DNA of 37,512 nucleotides from a virus (lineage: Duplodnaviria; Caudoviricetes). Shown in pieces: positions 14,872 to 25,186 of this stretch. Made by a program: the position numbers and the translations under genes. The notes below the pieces were generated by a model. That model was given only the letters and a program-made list of their open reading frames with translations, was not told the DNA's origin and searched no databases. Every line of letters starts with the position of its first letter. The stretch's first letter is position 1. The stretch covers positions 1 through 37,512 of IMG/VR virus record IMGVR_UViG_3300014656_000013; one strand, written 5' to 3'.

Positions 14872-16715
14872 CCTCCGAGCGGCTCGAGCAAGACCGCGAG
14901 TGGAGCGATCCGGAGCTGGAGCAGGGTCGCGGCGAGCTGGTGTGGCGGCGCGTCGAGGAGTTGCAGCAGCGCTACAGCGCCCGATATGAGAACTACCGCC
15001 GGGCGTACCAGTATCTCGCAGGCGACGAGAGCCTGGCTCTGTCTGACAACGTGCTCGCTGAGGCTCATGACGCCATCGTGTCGGAGCTGATCCAGAGCCC
15101 GATCCGTGTGGTGCTGGCGGGCAAGGCCTTGTCGTTCAAGGAGCGGCGCAAGGCCCGCATGTCCACCTGGTACGCCGATGCTGCGTACGCCAAGCACCGG
15201 CTGGCTCGGCTCCAGAACCGCATGATCAGCGATGCTGTGGCCGCCGGTATTGGGCACTTTATCGTCCAGGATACCGACGACGGTCCGATCCCGGAGCGGG
15301 TGCACCCGTTGCGGCTGTGGATGGACGACGCCGAGTGTATTGACGCGGCGCCGGACGAGATCATCGTCGGCCACGACGTGCCCAAGCGAGAGCTCATCAA
15401 GGACTATCCCGAGATGGAGTCCGAGATCGAGGGAGCTACTCGGATGATGGAGCAGGCAGACGTCGACCCCGGGCGCGACTCGCTGCTGGTGCTCACCGCC
15501 TACCGGGGCGGCACCGAGGACGAGCCTGGTCGCTGTGTCGTGGCCCTGCCTGGCGTCTCTGAGCCGCTGCTAGATGAGGAGTGGACCGATTCGCCGCCAT
15601 GGGGCTGGGTGGTGGTGGCGCCCAAGGACAAGGGCTTAGTGGGCCATTCGCTGCTGCTCCGCGCCGAGTCCAAGCAGCTCGAGATCGACCGCATCAACGG
15701 CACCATTCAGGACGGGAGCATCTCAGCCGTCCCGTGGCTGTTCTATGACAAGGGAAGGATCGTCGACGAGAAGCATTTTGAGAACCGACTCGGGCTGGCC
15801 ATTCCGACTGACGGACCGCCCGATGGTGTGGTCAAGCAGTACGTTCCCGTGGCTGTGCACGCCGAGAACTACAAGCGGATCCAGGAGCTGCGCCAGGGCA
15901 TCTTCAACTCGATGCACGCCAGCGAACAGTTCAGCACCGGTCAGGTGCCCAGCAACGTGTCGAGCGGCAAGATGGTGCGCAACCTGAGGGAGATCCAGAA
16001 CCGCCGCCACCTGGCCACCCAGCAGGAGCTCGAGTGGGCCATGGAGCGCCTCATCGTTGAGCTACTGAAGGGCGAGCAGCGGGCCAGTAAGCGCAAGGGT
16101 GGCCACAAGGTCACGGTCAGCTTTCATGGTGTCACCCGCCAGGTTGCGGCCAGTAAGATGCTACTCGACCCGGACCAGGTTCAGGTCACGGCGCGCGCCT
16201 CGTCAAACCTACCGCTCGAGCCCGGTGTGCGCATCGAGCAGGTGCAAGAACTGCTCGCGGCAGACGTCGGCTTTGACGCCGAGGACTTCTTTGAGGTGAC
16301 GTCGGATATTGTGGACTTCGAGGGCCCGCGCCGCCGTGTCACCGCGCCTCGGCGTATCATCGAGATGCAAATCGAGCAGATGCTGGAGGACGGCGATCAG
16401 ATCATCCCGCCCAAGTTCCTGCCGGTCGAGGCCAAGCGCACGGGGCTGCGCCTCGGAACAGCCATCCTGTGCGACGCGATGATCGAGGAGGCCGCTGAGG
16501 ACCGGTTGGCGCTCGTGCGTCAGTACCTGGGGCACCTCGCGACTCAGATCGACGAGGCGACGGCGCCGCCGCCTCCACCCCCGGGGATGCCAGGCCCGCC
16601 AGGGATGCCGCCTGGACCGCTCCCGCCGGGGCCGCTGTTGCCGCCTGACCCGATGGGTCCGCCGCCGATGCCACCACCGCCGGGGGGCATACCCGGCCCA
16701 ATACTAGGGATCTGA
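14868..16715 (+). CDS. Portal protein (P22-like size), Pro-rich C-terminal tail
   Basis: 615 aa between terminase and scaffold; G.G.F, GHSLL and G.VP.N.SSG motifs typical of podoviral portals. Confidence 0.82.
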   Translation: MTSERLEQDREWSDPELEQGRGELVWRRVEELQQRYSARYENYRRAYQYLAGDESLALSDNVLAEAHDAIVSELIQSPIRVVLAGKALSFKERRKARMSTWYADAAYAKHRLARLQNRMISDAVAAGIGHFIVQDTDDGPIPERVHPLRLWMDDAECIDAAPDEIIVGHDVPKRELIKDYPEMESEIEGATRMMEQADVDPGRDSLLVLTAYRGGTEDEPGRCVVALPGVSEPLLDEEWTDSPPWGWVVVAPKDKGLVGHSLLLRAESKQLEIDRINGTIQDGSISAVPWLFYDKGRIVDEKHFENRLGLAIPTDGPPDGVVKQYVPVAVHAENYKRIQELRQGIFNSMHASEQFSTGQVPSNVSSGKMVRNLREIQNRRHLATQQELEWAMERLIVELLKGEQRASKRKGGHKVTVSFHGVTRQVAASKMLLDPDQVQVTARASSNLPLEPGVRIEQVQELLAADVGFDAEDFFEVTSDIVDFEGPRRRVTAPRRIIEMQIEQMLEDGDQIIPPKFLPVEAKRTGLRLGTAILCDAMIEEAAEDRLALVRQYLGHLATQIDEATAPPPPPPGMPGPPGMPPGPLPPGPLLPPDPMGPPPMPPPPGGIPGPILGI

Positions 16716-16718
16716 TGT

Positions 16719-17807
16719 ATGAGCGCACCGAGCGACGTAGGACAGTCACAGGGCGACGCACCGCAGCGCAACGCCTCAGACACACCGATCGACACGCCGA
16801 ACGCTGAGGGCGCTACCGATCACGACGCAGCAGCGGCGGCCGTGGACGAGATGGTAGCCGCCGAGCAGGGCGAGCCAGACGAGGACGCCGAGCCGGGGGA
16901 CGACGCCGAGGAGAGTGGGGGCGAGCCGGACGACACCGACAGCACGCCCGGCGACGATGACGCCGACGAGCCGGACGACGACGGCTCAGATGACGACGAC
17001 GCCCCACCCAAGAAGCTCTCCGCTAGCGTCCGAGAGGCCCACCGCCGCCAGCGCTCCGCCGCGCGCAAGCTCGCCGAGGCGCAGCAGACCGAGCAGCGCA
17101 ACGCCGACCGAGACAAGTCGCTCAATGCGCGTGAGCAGGAGTGGACCACTTTCGAGGCCGAGCTCAAGCGCAACCCGCTACAAGCCATCGCGGGCCGAAT
17201 GGGCATCACTGTCCCGCGCCTCATCGCGGCTTACGGCGAGGACGCCAAGGGTAACGTGCCAGAGGCGGTGAGCCAGGAGCTGTCCGACCTGCGCGCCGAG
17301 CTGCAGCAGTTCCGCGACGAGGGCAAAGCGGCCAGTGAGAAGCGAGCACAGAGCGAGAAGGATGCGCGGTACCAGGCGGCCCTGAACAACGACGCCAAGC
17401 TCCTGTCGACCATGGTCGAGACCGACGAGGTGGCCGACCGCTACCCGTACTATTCCGCGCTGCCAGCCGATCAGCGCGCCGCCAAGGCCAGAGCGCTCCA
17501 GGATCACATCGTCAAGCACATGCCGAACCCGGGCCAGTACAGCGAAGACGACCTCCTGGAGGCCCTGGATGCCAAGGAGAAGGACCGGATCACTCGCTTG
17601 GAGAAGGCCGGCGTCATCAAATGGCTCGGGCGCAAGAAGAAGACCGCGGACGACGACGCCGGCGAGCCCAGCGGAAACGGCCGCAGGCCGCGCACTCCGT
17701 CAGCCAAAAAAGCCGCATCCGCAGCTCCGAAGCATCGGGACATGACCGACGAACAGCTACGGCGTGCGGCGGCCAAGAAGGTCGACGAGTTGCGCACAGC
17801 CGACTGA
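16719..17807 (+). CDS. Capsid scaffolding protein (putative)
   Basis: Acidic disordered N-terminus, coiled coils, basic C-terminus; lies between portal and capsid. Confidence 0.72.
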   Translation: MSAPSDVGQSQGDAPQRNASDTPIDTPNAEGATDHDAAAAAVDEMVAAEQGEPDEDAEPGDDAEESGGEPDDTDSTPGDDDADEPDDDGSDDDDAPPKKLSASVREAHRRQRSAARKLAEAQQTEQRNADRDKSLNAREQEWTTFEAELKRNPLQAIAGRMGITVPRLIAAYGEDAKGNVPEAVSQELSDLRAELQQFRDEGKAASEKRAQSEKDARYQAALNNDAKLLSTMVETDEVADRYPYYSALPADQRAAKARALQDHIVKHMPNPGQYSEDDLLEALDAKEKDRITRLEKAGVIKWLGRKKKTADDDAGEPSGNGRRPRTPSAKKAASAAPKHRDMTDEQLRRAAAKKVDELRTAD

Positions 17808-17932
17808 CGGTGCTACCGTGTAGGCACAGAGCCCGAGCGCTCGTGGCCTAGAGGTATCGCCGTCCGCTGCCCAGTAGCGGAAACCCTCGCTGACATCACC
17901 ACCGCCCCACGGGGCGCACAGCGAGGAAACTC
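17790..17932 (+). promoter_or_regulatory. Putative capsid-gene promoter and structured 5' leader
   Basis: TTGCGC (17790-17795)-N18-TACCGT with extended TG. Hairpins at 17821-17850, 17864-17880 and 17885-17926, the last covering the GAGG SD. Confidence 0.45.
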
Positions 17933-19171
17933 ATGGCCGCATCGACTGTCGCACTGCTCGAAAATGCGATGAAAGTCCGCTACAGCAAGGGCTTCGGCCC
18001 TGGCGTGGCGATGAAATCGCAGCTGATCCAGTTCTTCAAGACCAACGGCAAGGAGCCATTCGACGGCTTCAGCTGGCAGCACACCTACCGCATCAACGAG
18101 ATGGTCGGCGCGAGCGACTTCGGGTCGGCGCTCGACGCTCGGATGACGCCCACCTACCCCCGGGCGACCATCACGAGGGCCAAAGACTTCGTCATCTCGT
18201 CCGTGGACCTGGAGGCCGTGGCGGCCACCGAGGGCAAGGGCGGGGCGGCGCTGGTCAACGTGCTCGAAGAGAGCATGGACACCTCGTTCGGTGGCATGGC
18301 TCTGTCGATCGAGAACATGCTATCCGGCGACGGCGGAGGCGCTCGTGGCGTCATCGGCTCGATCTCCGGCAAGGTGGTCACGCTGTCCGACACCAGCAAG
18401 GTGCGCTTCTTCAAGAAGGGCCTCCCGTGCCAGTTCTCGGACTACGCTGGAACGGCCACCACTGACACCCTGCGCGACGCCGGCAAGACCAACACGGTCG
18501 CGGCCGTCGACCAGGCGGCGGGCGAGGTGACCTTCGAGGACACGTTCTCGACGTCGCTGCCCAACACGGTGGCTGGCGACTACATCTTCCGGAAGAGCGA
18601 CTTCGACAAGGGTGCCAAGCGCATTCTGCAGGGCCCCTTCTCTTGGTGCCCGAAGACTGCGCCCGTGTTCGGCTCGGACAGCTTCTACGGCATGGACCGT
18701 GGGACTTCCGTGGCCTGCCTGGCCGGCTCCCGGCTCGACGCCTCGGCGATGACCACCCTGGACGCCATTGGGCTGGCATGCACGTACATCCAGAACGTGG
18801 ATGGTATGGCAGACTCGGTCCTTATCGGGCCGACCCGGGCTCAGGAGATCATCGACTTCGGTGTCGCGCAGCAGGAGTTCACGGAGAAGACCTCGTACGT
18901 GGGCGTCGACCTCAAGGGCCTCGTGGTGCGCACGGCGCTGGGCAATCTGAAGCTCATCGTCAGCTCGGCAATCCCGGCCAACAAGATGCTGGTCACCCGG
19001 CGCGACGTCTGGGAGCTGCGGCACGTGCGCGCCTTCCCGTTCGTCGTCAACGATGGCGGCAACTCCTGGAAGCTCGAGGAGACCGCGGACGCGCTCCAGA
19101 TGCGTCTCCAGTACTACGCCGGCCTCGTCCACCTCCGACCCGAAAACACCTGCCACGTCTACTGGACCTAG
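17933..19171 (+). CDS. Major capsid protein (HK97 fold, inferred)
   Basis: 412 aa after the scaffold; strongly biased codon usage; L.GDG.G.RG and C-terminal R.QYYAGL...RP.N motifs typical of this capsid type. Confidence 0.85.
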   Translation: MAASTVALLENAMKVRYSKGFGPGVAMKSQLIQFFKTNGKEPFDGFSWQHTYRINEMVGASDFGSALDARMTPTYPRATITRAKDFVISSVDLEAVAATEGKGGAALVNVLEESMDTSFGGMALSIENMLSGDGGGARGVIGSISGKVVTLSDTSKVRFFKKGLPCQFSDYAGTATTDTLRDAGKTNTVAAVDQAAGEVTFEDTFSTSLPNTVAGDYIFRKSDFDKGAKRILQGPFSWCPKTAPVFGSDSFYGMDRGTSVACLAGSRLDASAMTTLDAIGLACTYIQNVDGMADSVLIGPTRAQEIIDFGVAQQEFTEKTSYVGVDLKGLVVRTALGNLKLIVSSAIPANKMLVTRRDVWELRHVRAFPFVVNDGGNSWKLEETADALQMRLQYYAGLVHLRPENTCHVYWT

Positions 19172-19198
19172 GCCGAAAGCTGAGCAAGGAGCATCATC

Positions 19199-19669
19199 AT
19201 GACTACCATCTTTCGAGACATGGCTGCCCGCCTAGGCGCGATGGCCCACACCGTGACCGGCGGCCGCGCGGCTGCAGAGGATGGCCTCTGCAACTATCAG
19301 GCGCGCAACAGCAAGGACATCACAGAGACCGGCGCCGGGGTCGAGGTCACCATCGTCGCCAAGACCAAGGAGGCGTGTTTCTGCACCGGCGGCCGGTTCA
19401 TCCCTGAGACTGGGATCACCGCCGCCGCCATCTCGCGCGATTGTCAGCTCGAGTATGACGACGGTGCCGGGGGAACTCCGGTGGTGCTCGCCACGCTCTG
19501 GGATGGTACCGCGTCCACGTCGGTCTCCGGCCAGGTGAGCGAACTGGCCGGTGTGCTGGCCACTGTGGAGATCCCGGTCGGCAGTCGCATCTACGCCAAC
19601 TGCACCCACAACAGCACCGGGGTCGCCTGGGACGAGACCGCCTTCGAGGTAGACCTGGAGCGTGCGTGA
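19199..19669 (+). CDS. Putative virion/decoration protein (156 aa)
   Basis: AAGGAG SD; beta-rich, Thr/Gly/Ala-rich; follows the capsid gene. Confidence 0.65.
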   Translation: MTTIFRDMAARLGAMAHTVTGGRAAAEDGLCNYQARNSKDITETGAGVEVTIVAKTKEACFCTGGRFIPETGITAAAISRDCQLEYDDGAGGTPVVLATLWDGTASTSVSGQVSELAGVLATVEIPVGSRIYANCTHNSTGVAWDETAFEVDLERA

Positions 19670-20043
19670 TGGCAGCCTTCACGCTCGCCCGGCGGTTCGC
19701 AGCCCACTCGGTGAAGGCGTTCACCCGGAAGTTCCGGTACAACATTGCCTTCACCGCCTCGGAGGCGTCTACAGCCATCCTGCACCAGGACGGCAACCTT
19801 TTCACTCTCGCGCGTAGCACAGACGGTGTCTACGTGCTGACCAGCACGGACAAGTTCAAGCGCATCTACGGCCAGGCCACCGTGCTCAAGACCGGCGATT
19901 GGAACGCCAAAGTCCTGTCGCTGGTCGAGGGCGGAGCGGCTGCCAACTCGGTCACCGTCGAGGTGACAGCCGTTGCTACCCCCGACGACCCCGAGGCCGA
20001 GGTCCTGGTGGGTCTCGATCTGGTCACGGGCGGGGGAACCTAG
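19666..20043 (+). CDS. Putative virion protein (125 aa)
   Basis: Overlapping start; LARSTDGVYVLT beta-strand motif seen in small structural domains. Confidence 0.65.
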   Translation: MMAAFTLARRFAAHSVKAFTRKFRYNIAFTASEASTAILHQDGNLFTLARSTDGVYVLTSTDKFKRIYGQATVLKTGDWNAKVLSLVEGGAAANSVTVEVTAVATPDDPEAEVLVGLDLVTGGGT

Positions 20044-20045
20044 CC

Positions 20046-20276
20046 GTGGCGAAGAAGGGCAAGGGCCTGCTCGTGGCTCTTGGGCTCGGCGACGAGTCCG
20101 AGGGCGGCGAGTCCAGCGGCGATGGCCTGTGCGGTGACATCCTGCAGGCCGTCAAGGATGAGGACAAAGGCGCCCTCCGCGAGTCTCTTGACGCCTACAT
20201 CGGGGACTACCTCGACGGGCTCAGGGGCGACGACGAGGACGACGACAGCGACGACGACAGCGACGACGACTACTAG
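20046..20276 (+). CDS. Small highly acidic protein (76 aa)
   Basis: GTG 20046 (MAKKGKGLLVALG...); poly-Asp tail. Confidence 0.65.
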   Translation: MAKKGKGLLVALGLGDESEGGESSGDGLCGDILQAVKDEDKGALRESLDAYIGDYLDGLRGDDEDDDSDDDSDDDY

Positions 20277-20287
20277 CAAGGACGACC

Positions 20288-21004
20288 ATGGCCCACGTGA
20301 CCCTAGCCGATATGCGGGCCATGGTCCGCCAGCTCGCGAACCAGGAGACCGCGGACGCCGCCGACGCGTTCGTGAAGGACTCCACCGAGCTGGACAACCG
20401 GATCAACGAGCACCTGCAGCAGCTCCGCGATCTGATGATCGAGTGCCAGGGGCACGAGTGGGCCAAGAAGACCACCGAGCGCACGCTGGAGAGCGGGACG
20501 GCTGAGTACGACCTCCCCGCCGACTTTGACGAGATGCTGGGTGTGAGGCTGGAGCGCGGCGGGGAGCAGGTGCTGCTGGACACGTGGGACTACACCGAGC
20601 TGGCCCGCCTTGAGTCCGCCACACCGGCAGACATCAGGGAGCACAAATACCGCGTCATCGGTGAGGACGTGGTCATCAAGCCGGACCCCACCTCGTCGGA
20701 CACGCTGCACCTGGACTATATCCCGTCCTACGTGCCTATCACGACGGATCCAGAGACCGAGTCCTACCAGATGCCGTGGGGTACGTGGCGCTGGGCTGCC
20801 CTCGGAGCCGCCATCGACCTGCTCAGCAAAGAGAAGGACGCCGGGGCTATCGCGCTACTGCAGCACGCTCAGACCAAGATGGAGGCCAGGCTCCGTAAGA
20901 AGGTGAGCAGGCGAGACCGTCGAGCTCCAAGCATCCGGAACACTGCCGGAGGTCTCGCCCGGATACTCGGTGGACGCTACTCCCGCATGGTGTCGGATTC
21001 GTGA
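20288..21004 (+). CDS. Head-tail adaptor / tail tubular protein A-like
   Basis: TLADMRAMVRQLA, YDLPADF, I.PDP and helical C-terminus pattern; position; AAGGA SD. Confidence 0.75.
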   Translation: MAHVTLADMRAMVRQLANQETADAADAFVKDSTELDNRINEHLQQLRDLMIECQGHEWAKKTTERTLESGTAEYDLPADFDEMLGVRLERGGEQVLLDTWDYTELARLESATPADIREHKYRVIGEDVVIKPDPTSSDTLHLDYIPSYVPITTDPETESYQMPWGTWRWAALGAAIDLLSKEKDAGAIALLQHAQTKMEARLRKKVSRRDRRAPSIRNTAGGLARILGGRYSRMVSDS

Positions 21005-21333
21005 GAAACGAGGTCCGCCAGCCGATCCCGCTGCAGCCCACCCGCGAGGGCCAGGCGCTTGCCATAGCCGTTGACTCACGGGCGGATCACAGCCGCTCAA
21101 AGGATGACAGCGGCCGGCAGCAGGGCGCTGACGCCGCGGGCTCGCGCTCGGTCACCATTGCTGCGGGGGGCACCGCTATTGTGCACCACGGCCTCGGCCA
21201 TGAGCCCACCGGCTGGCGCGTCATCGATCGCAACCTGGCGGGGAGTGTGTGGCGCACTGCCCAGGACCGCGCGACGCTCACACTTGAGACCGACGCAGCA
21301 GCAGCCATCACGGTCACGGTTGAGGTGTTCTGA
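21001..21333 (+). CDS. Small virion protein (110 aa)
   Basis: VHHGLGHEPTGWRVID motif typical of small tail-associated beta domains; overlaps both neighbours. Confidence 0.65.
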   Translation: MRNEVRQPIPLQPTREGQALAIAVDSRADHSRSKDDSGRQQGADAAGSRSVTIAAGGTAIVHHGLGHEPTGWRVIDRNLAGSVWRTAQDRATLTLETDAAAAITVTVEVF

Positions 21334-24300
21334 TGGACGACGCGCGCAAGACTGCGTTTGTCGCCTTTACCGCCGGGCTCGGCACCGACACCGACTCGCG
21401 GCTGCGTGCCCCGGAGCGCCTCGACATCGCCCGCAACGTCTGCATGCCCGAGCTCGGCACTATCGCCAAGCGGTACGGCTTCTCACAGTTGACGAACCTG
21501 ATAGCCGGCGGAGGCGGTGCCACCATTGGCGACAACGGTCCGATCCGATCCCTCGGCGCGACCACCCGGGAGCTGCTCGCCGTGGGTCATCGGCAGCTAT
21601 TCGCCTACGTCCCCAAGCTCGGCGGCTGGGTCGACCGCGGCCACGTCTCACCATGCATCGGCAATACTCAGGAGGTCTTCCGGGCGGCTGTCCAGTATGA
21701 GCAGGCCGACGGGGATCGGAGCGGTAGCTACATCTTGCAGGCGGCCATCCGGCGCGAAGACTGGGGTGACGCCAGCAGCCGCCGGTCGATCGAGATGCGA
21801 GGCAAGGACACCGACGGAAACACCACGTTCGCCCCCGCGGTGGTCGAGCGTACCGAGGTTGGTGCGGCCGGCTCCTACCCATTCGCGGTCAAGGTTGCCG
21901 CCCACGGCTCCGGCCACGTCATCTGCTGGGCTCACGCAACGTCTGCGCAGATAACCGCCACCGGCCCGGCTACTCTGTCTCGCTACGACTACGACGCGGG
22001 TACTCCCTATACCGCCCCTGCGGCGGTCGGAGCGGACATCACCACCAACATGAAGGCTCGCTCGAACACTCGAATGTTCGACGTGATCGAGTATTCGACC
22101 GGCGGCTATGTGGTGGCCTACATCGACTACACTACCCAGAATGTGGTGCTCCACCGGTACACTGCCGATCACACTCTCTCCTACTCGGCCAGTCTGGCCG
22201 GCACCTACTACGCCGTAGCGCTCTCCGAGGCCAACAACGGCGACGTCTACGTACTGACCGCCGAGATCAATATCGAGGGCTCCGATCTGGTGGAGCTGTG
22301 GCACCGCACCAACCAGATGGTAGCCGTCTGGGGGCCGGAGGTCATGGGGACCCTGGGGGTTTCAGAGTATGCCGACAATCTCGGCGTGGCAGAGGGGACC
22401 AACACAGCCGGGGGGATCCGTGCGCAGTGCGTTTGGAACGTGAGGCAAACTGGTGCGTCTTGCAACACGCACTCACGCTCCCGCGATCCCGCCGGCACAA
22501 GCCCAGACACGGGGCTCACGACCTACAACTTGATCCCCTGCTCGCGCCCCTTCTGGTACCGCAACCGCGCCTACGTCCACGCCGGCACCTGGACCAAGGT
22601 AGCGAATGACGGGATCGGCTTCGAGTCGCACATGCTGCTCGATCTGAACTGCGAGACCGGTCGCACCAGCGAGACCGTGGCCATGGCCGCCCTGTGGGGC
22701 GTCGGAGCAGCGCCAGGGCTGACGACCGGCTACGCTCTGGGCAGCAACAACAACGTGTGGGTGATGGACGACGGTATCACCTACCGGATGATGTGCCCAT
22801 TTCTGGCCGAGGCGATCAAGGCCGCATCTACCGGCGCGCTCACCAATTGTGACATTCGCCACGCCTACGACGATGTGGGCCTAGAGTTCGACGCTCCAGT
22901 CTCCGTGGCGCCCATCCACCGCGGTTGCGCCATCATCGGAGGCGGCTACGTCGGCTGGTACGACGGGGCGGCCACTTTTGAGCTTGGGTTTGCCAAGCCG
23001 CCGATGATCTACAGTCTGACGCAGGCAGCCGGCACAGTGCCCAATGGTACCTACACCTACAGCAACCTGTACGCACAAGTGGACTTCGCCGGAGTGCTCC
23101 ACCGGTCGCTGCCGAGCCCAGGGACAGAGGAGGTGTTCGGGGGCACCGCGAAGGACGTGGCCATGGTGGCGCAATCGCTCCCGGGATCGCGACGCCCGGC
23201 GGCCGACATGACGTGTGAGTGGTACCGGTCGGGCCTCGACGCCATCCCGCGCCGGATCAATCGGTCAGCCGAGAATATTCCGAACAGCTTCAGCGCGGCG
23301 ACACTGCAGGCGCTCACCGACAACCGTCCCGTGGCCGATCTCTACGTCCAGCGCTACACGACCGGCGGCATCCTGGAGGCCGTGGCACCGGAGGGCGCCC
23401 GGGTCGTGCACGTGGCCCGCGAGCGGCTCTGGGCGGGCGGGTTCTTTCGCGGCGACCGCATCCAATACTCGAAGCTTGTTGTGCCATCGTCCTACGGCGA
23501 GACCACGATCGCGCCGGAGTTGTTTGAGACGCTTTCACGCATCTCAGGGAACGGCGAGCAGATCGTAGCCATCACGTCGCTCGACTCGGCCACGGTCATC
23601 TTTACCTCCTCTTCAATTTATTTGGTCAGCGGATACGGGCCAGAGGCGACCGGGCGAGGTGACGACACGAGCCGGCTTACGCGGGTGTCCAGCGACACCG
23701 GTTGTACTGAGTTCCGGTCAGTGGTTTGCGGCCCCGACGGGATCTATTTTCAGACCTCGCGCGGGATCTACATGCTAGACCGGTCGTTCTCGGTGACGCC
23801 GATTGGTGAGCCAGTGCGCCCCCTGCTCGACTCATACCCGGTCGTCACGTCCGCCGTATTGGTCTCGTCGCAACGACAAGTCCGGTTCACGGTGGTCAAC
23901 TCCGCAGGGGGCGCCACCGATGGAAGGATCCTGGTCTACGACTATCGCGCCGGTGCGTGGTTTGAGTGGCACATCCAGTACAGGACCGGCGGCACGCCTC
24001 CGACAGCCACCGTGGTCCCCACCGGCGGCGGCCTCGCCAACTCGGTCTATTACATCATCCACGACGACCAGCCGTATTTTGAGGACTCGTCGACCTACTT
24101 TGACGACGTCTCGATCTGGGTCGAGTCTCGGATCAAGACTGGAGTGATCCAGCCCGCCGGCCCGCTGCAGTGGATGGGCGTCTACCAGATCACCGTGATG
24201 GCGGAATACAAGGACGCTCATCAGTTCCACCTGGCGATCTATCAGAACCACTCGGCCACCGCTGCCGACTCGGCCGAGTGGCCGGACGCAACCCTGCAGC

Positions 24301-24503
24301 TGCTGGCCGACCCAGCGCGGATGCACGTCAAGCGCAAGCCTGGCGGCAGTGTGAGCAGCAAGGTCGAGGCCATCGCGGTGGAAATGTGGGACTCTGAAGA
24401 CGGGAGCCCACGGACTGGACAGGGCTTCGAGATCCACGGGCTCGCCGTAGATCTGGAGCTGATCGGCGGCTCGGCGCGGATGCAATCGGAGGCAAAGCAG
24501 TGA
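21333..24503 (+). CDS. Tail nozzle / DNA stabilization protein (P22 gp10 / T7 gp12-like)
   Basis: 1056 aa, beta-propeller-like; SSDTGC...SVV..PDGIYFQTSRGIY and ILVYDY...W..W motifs; position. Confidence 0.8.
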   Translation: MDDARKTAFVAFTAGLGTDTDSRLRAPERLDIARNVCMPELGTIAKRYGFSQLTNLIAGGGGATIGDNGPIRSLGATTRELLAVGHRQLFAYVPKLGGWVDRGHVSPCIGNTQEVFRAAVQYEQADGDRSGSYILQAAIRREDWGDASSRRSIEMRGKDTDGNTTFAPAVVERTEVGAAGSYPFAVKVAAHGSGHVICWAHATSAQITATGPATLSRYDYDAGTPYTAPAAVGADITTNMKARSNTRMFDVIEYSTGGYVVAYIDYTTQNVVLHRYTADHTLSYSASLAGTYYAVALSEANNGDVYVLTAEINIEGSDLVELWHRTNQMVAVWGPEVMGTLGVSEYADNLGVAEGTNTAGGIRAQCVWNVRQTGASCNTHSRSRDPAGTSPDTGLTTYNLIPCSRPFWYRNRAYVHAGTWTKVANDGIGFESHMLLDLNCETGRTSETVAMAALWGVGAAPGLTTGYALGSNNNVWVMDDGITYRMMCPFLAEAIKAASTGALTNCDIRHAYDDVGLEFDAPVSVAPIHRGCAIIGGGYVGWYDGAATFELGFAKPPMIYSLTQAAGTVPNGTYTYSNLYAQVDFAGVLHRSLPSPGTEEVFGGTAKDVAMVAQSLPGSRRPAADMTCEWYRSGLDAIPRRINRSAENIPNSFSAATLQALTDNRPVADLYVQRYTTGGILEAVAPEGARVVHVARERLWAGGFFRGDRIQYSKLVVPSSYGETTIAPELFETLSRISGNGEQIVAITSLDSATVIFTSSSIYLVSGYGPEATGRGDDTSRLTRVSSDTGCTEFRSVVCGPDGIYFQTSRGIYMLDRSFSVTPIGEPVRPLLDSYPVVTSAVLVSSQRQVRFTVVNSAGGATDGRILVYDYRAGAWFEWHIQYRTGGTPPTATVVPTGGGLANSVYYIIHDDQPYFEDSSTYFDDVSIWVESRIKTGVIQPAGPLQWMGVYQITVMAEYKDAHQFHLAIYQNHSATAADSAEWPDATLQLLADPARMHVKRKPGGSVSSKVEAIAVEMWDSEDGSPRTGQGFEIHGLAVDLELIGGSARMQSEAKQ

Positions 24504-25186
24504 GCAACTACGGCAGCACCGGCGCCAACCTGATGGCCCGGCTCATCGCAGCGGAGCGGGCGGGAACCGCTGTCTACCAGACCGAGGGCGGCGCACGCAC
24601 CGACGACGAGCTGTGGCGCCAGTACATGAGCGGCGGTGGGGCCAAGGGCGAGGGCGAGAACACCCGCCACATGGACCAGCTGGACCGCGTCCACGCACAG
24701 CAACTCCAGGCTGCCGAGGCCTACTACGGCGGCGCTGGTGAGGCCTCAGGCATCCAAGCCGCGCAGACCCGAGGGCAAGCGCTGCAGGCCGCAGCGGCAG
24801 CCGCCGGCCAGGGCGGCATCGCCGGTCGTGACGCCATCTATGGCACCGGGCAGGGCTCCTACCAGGCCGGCGCTCAGGGCGCCGGTGAGGGAATGGCGAG
24901 TCGGTTACAGGCATCTGAGGCGTATATGTCGGCGCAGTCTGACCGGGCGATCTACGACCAATCTATTGCGGCTGCGTACCAGCGCCGAGATGCCGCAGCT
25001 GAGGCGCGCGACCAGGCGATCGCCACGGCCCGCGCGCAAGGGGAGGCGGCGGAGACGGCGGCGGCAATGAACGCACTAGGCGCCGGTATAGGCGCCTACT
25101 CGAGCGGCATCAGCGCTGCCAAGGGGTGGGACGACAAGAAGGATGGGGGCGGGGGCGGCAGCAAATACGGCACGGAGGGCGTGTAG
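24500..25186 (+). CDS. Putative ejection/internal virion protein (228 aa)
   Basis: Ala/Gly/Gln-rich helical protein following the nozzle gene. Confidence 0.6.
   Translation: MSNYGSTGANLMARLIAAERAGTAVYQTEGGARTDDELWRQYMSGGGAKGEGENTRHMDQLDRVHAQQLQAAEAYYGGAGEASGIQAAQTRGQALQAAAAAAGQGGIAGRDAIYGTGQGSYQAGAQGAGEGMASRLQASEAYMSAQSDRAIYDQSIAAAYQRRDAAAEARDQAIATARAQGEAAETAAAMNALGAGIGAYSSGISAAKGWDDKKDGGGGGSKYGTEGV

Noticed and set aside
16560-16712. Pro/Gly/Met-rich repeat at the portal 3' end
   Set aside because: Low-complexity portal tails are common, and there is no regular DNA repeat unit.
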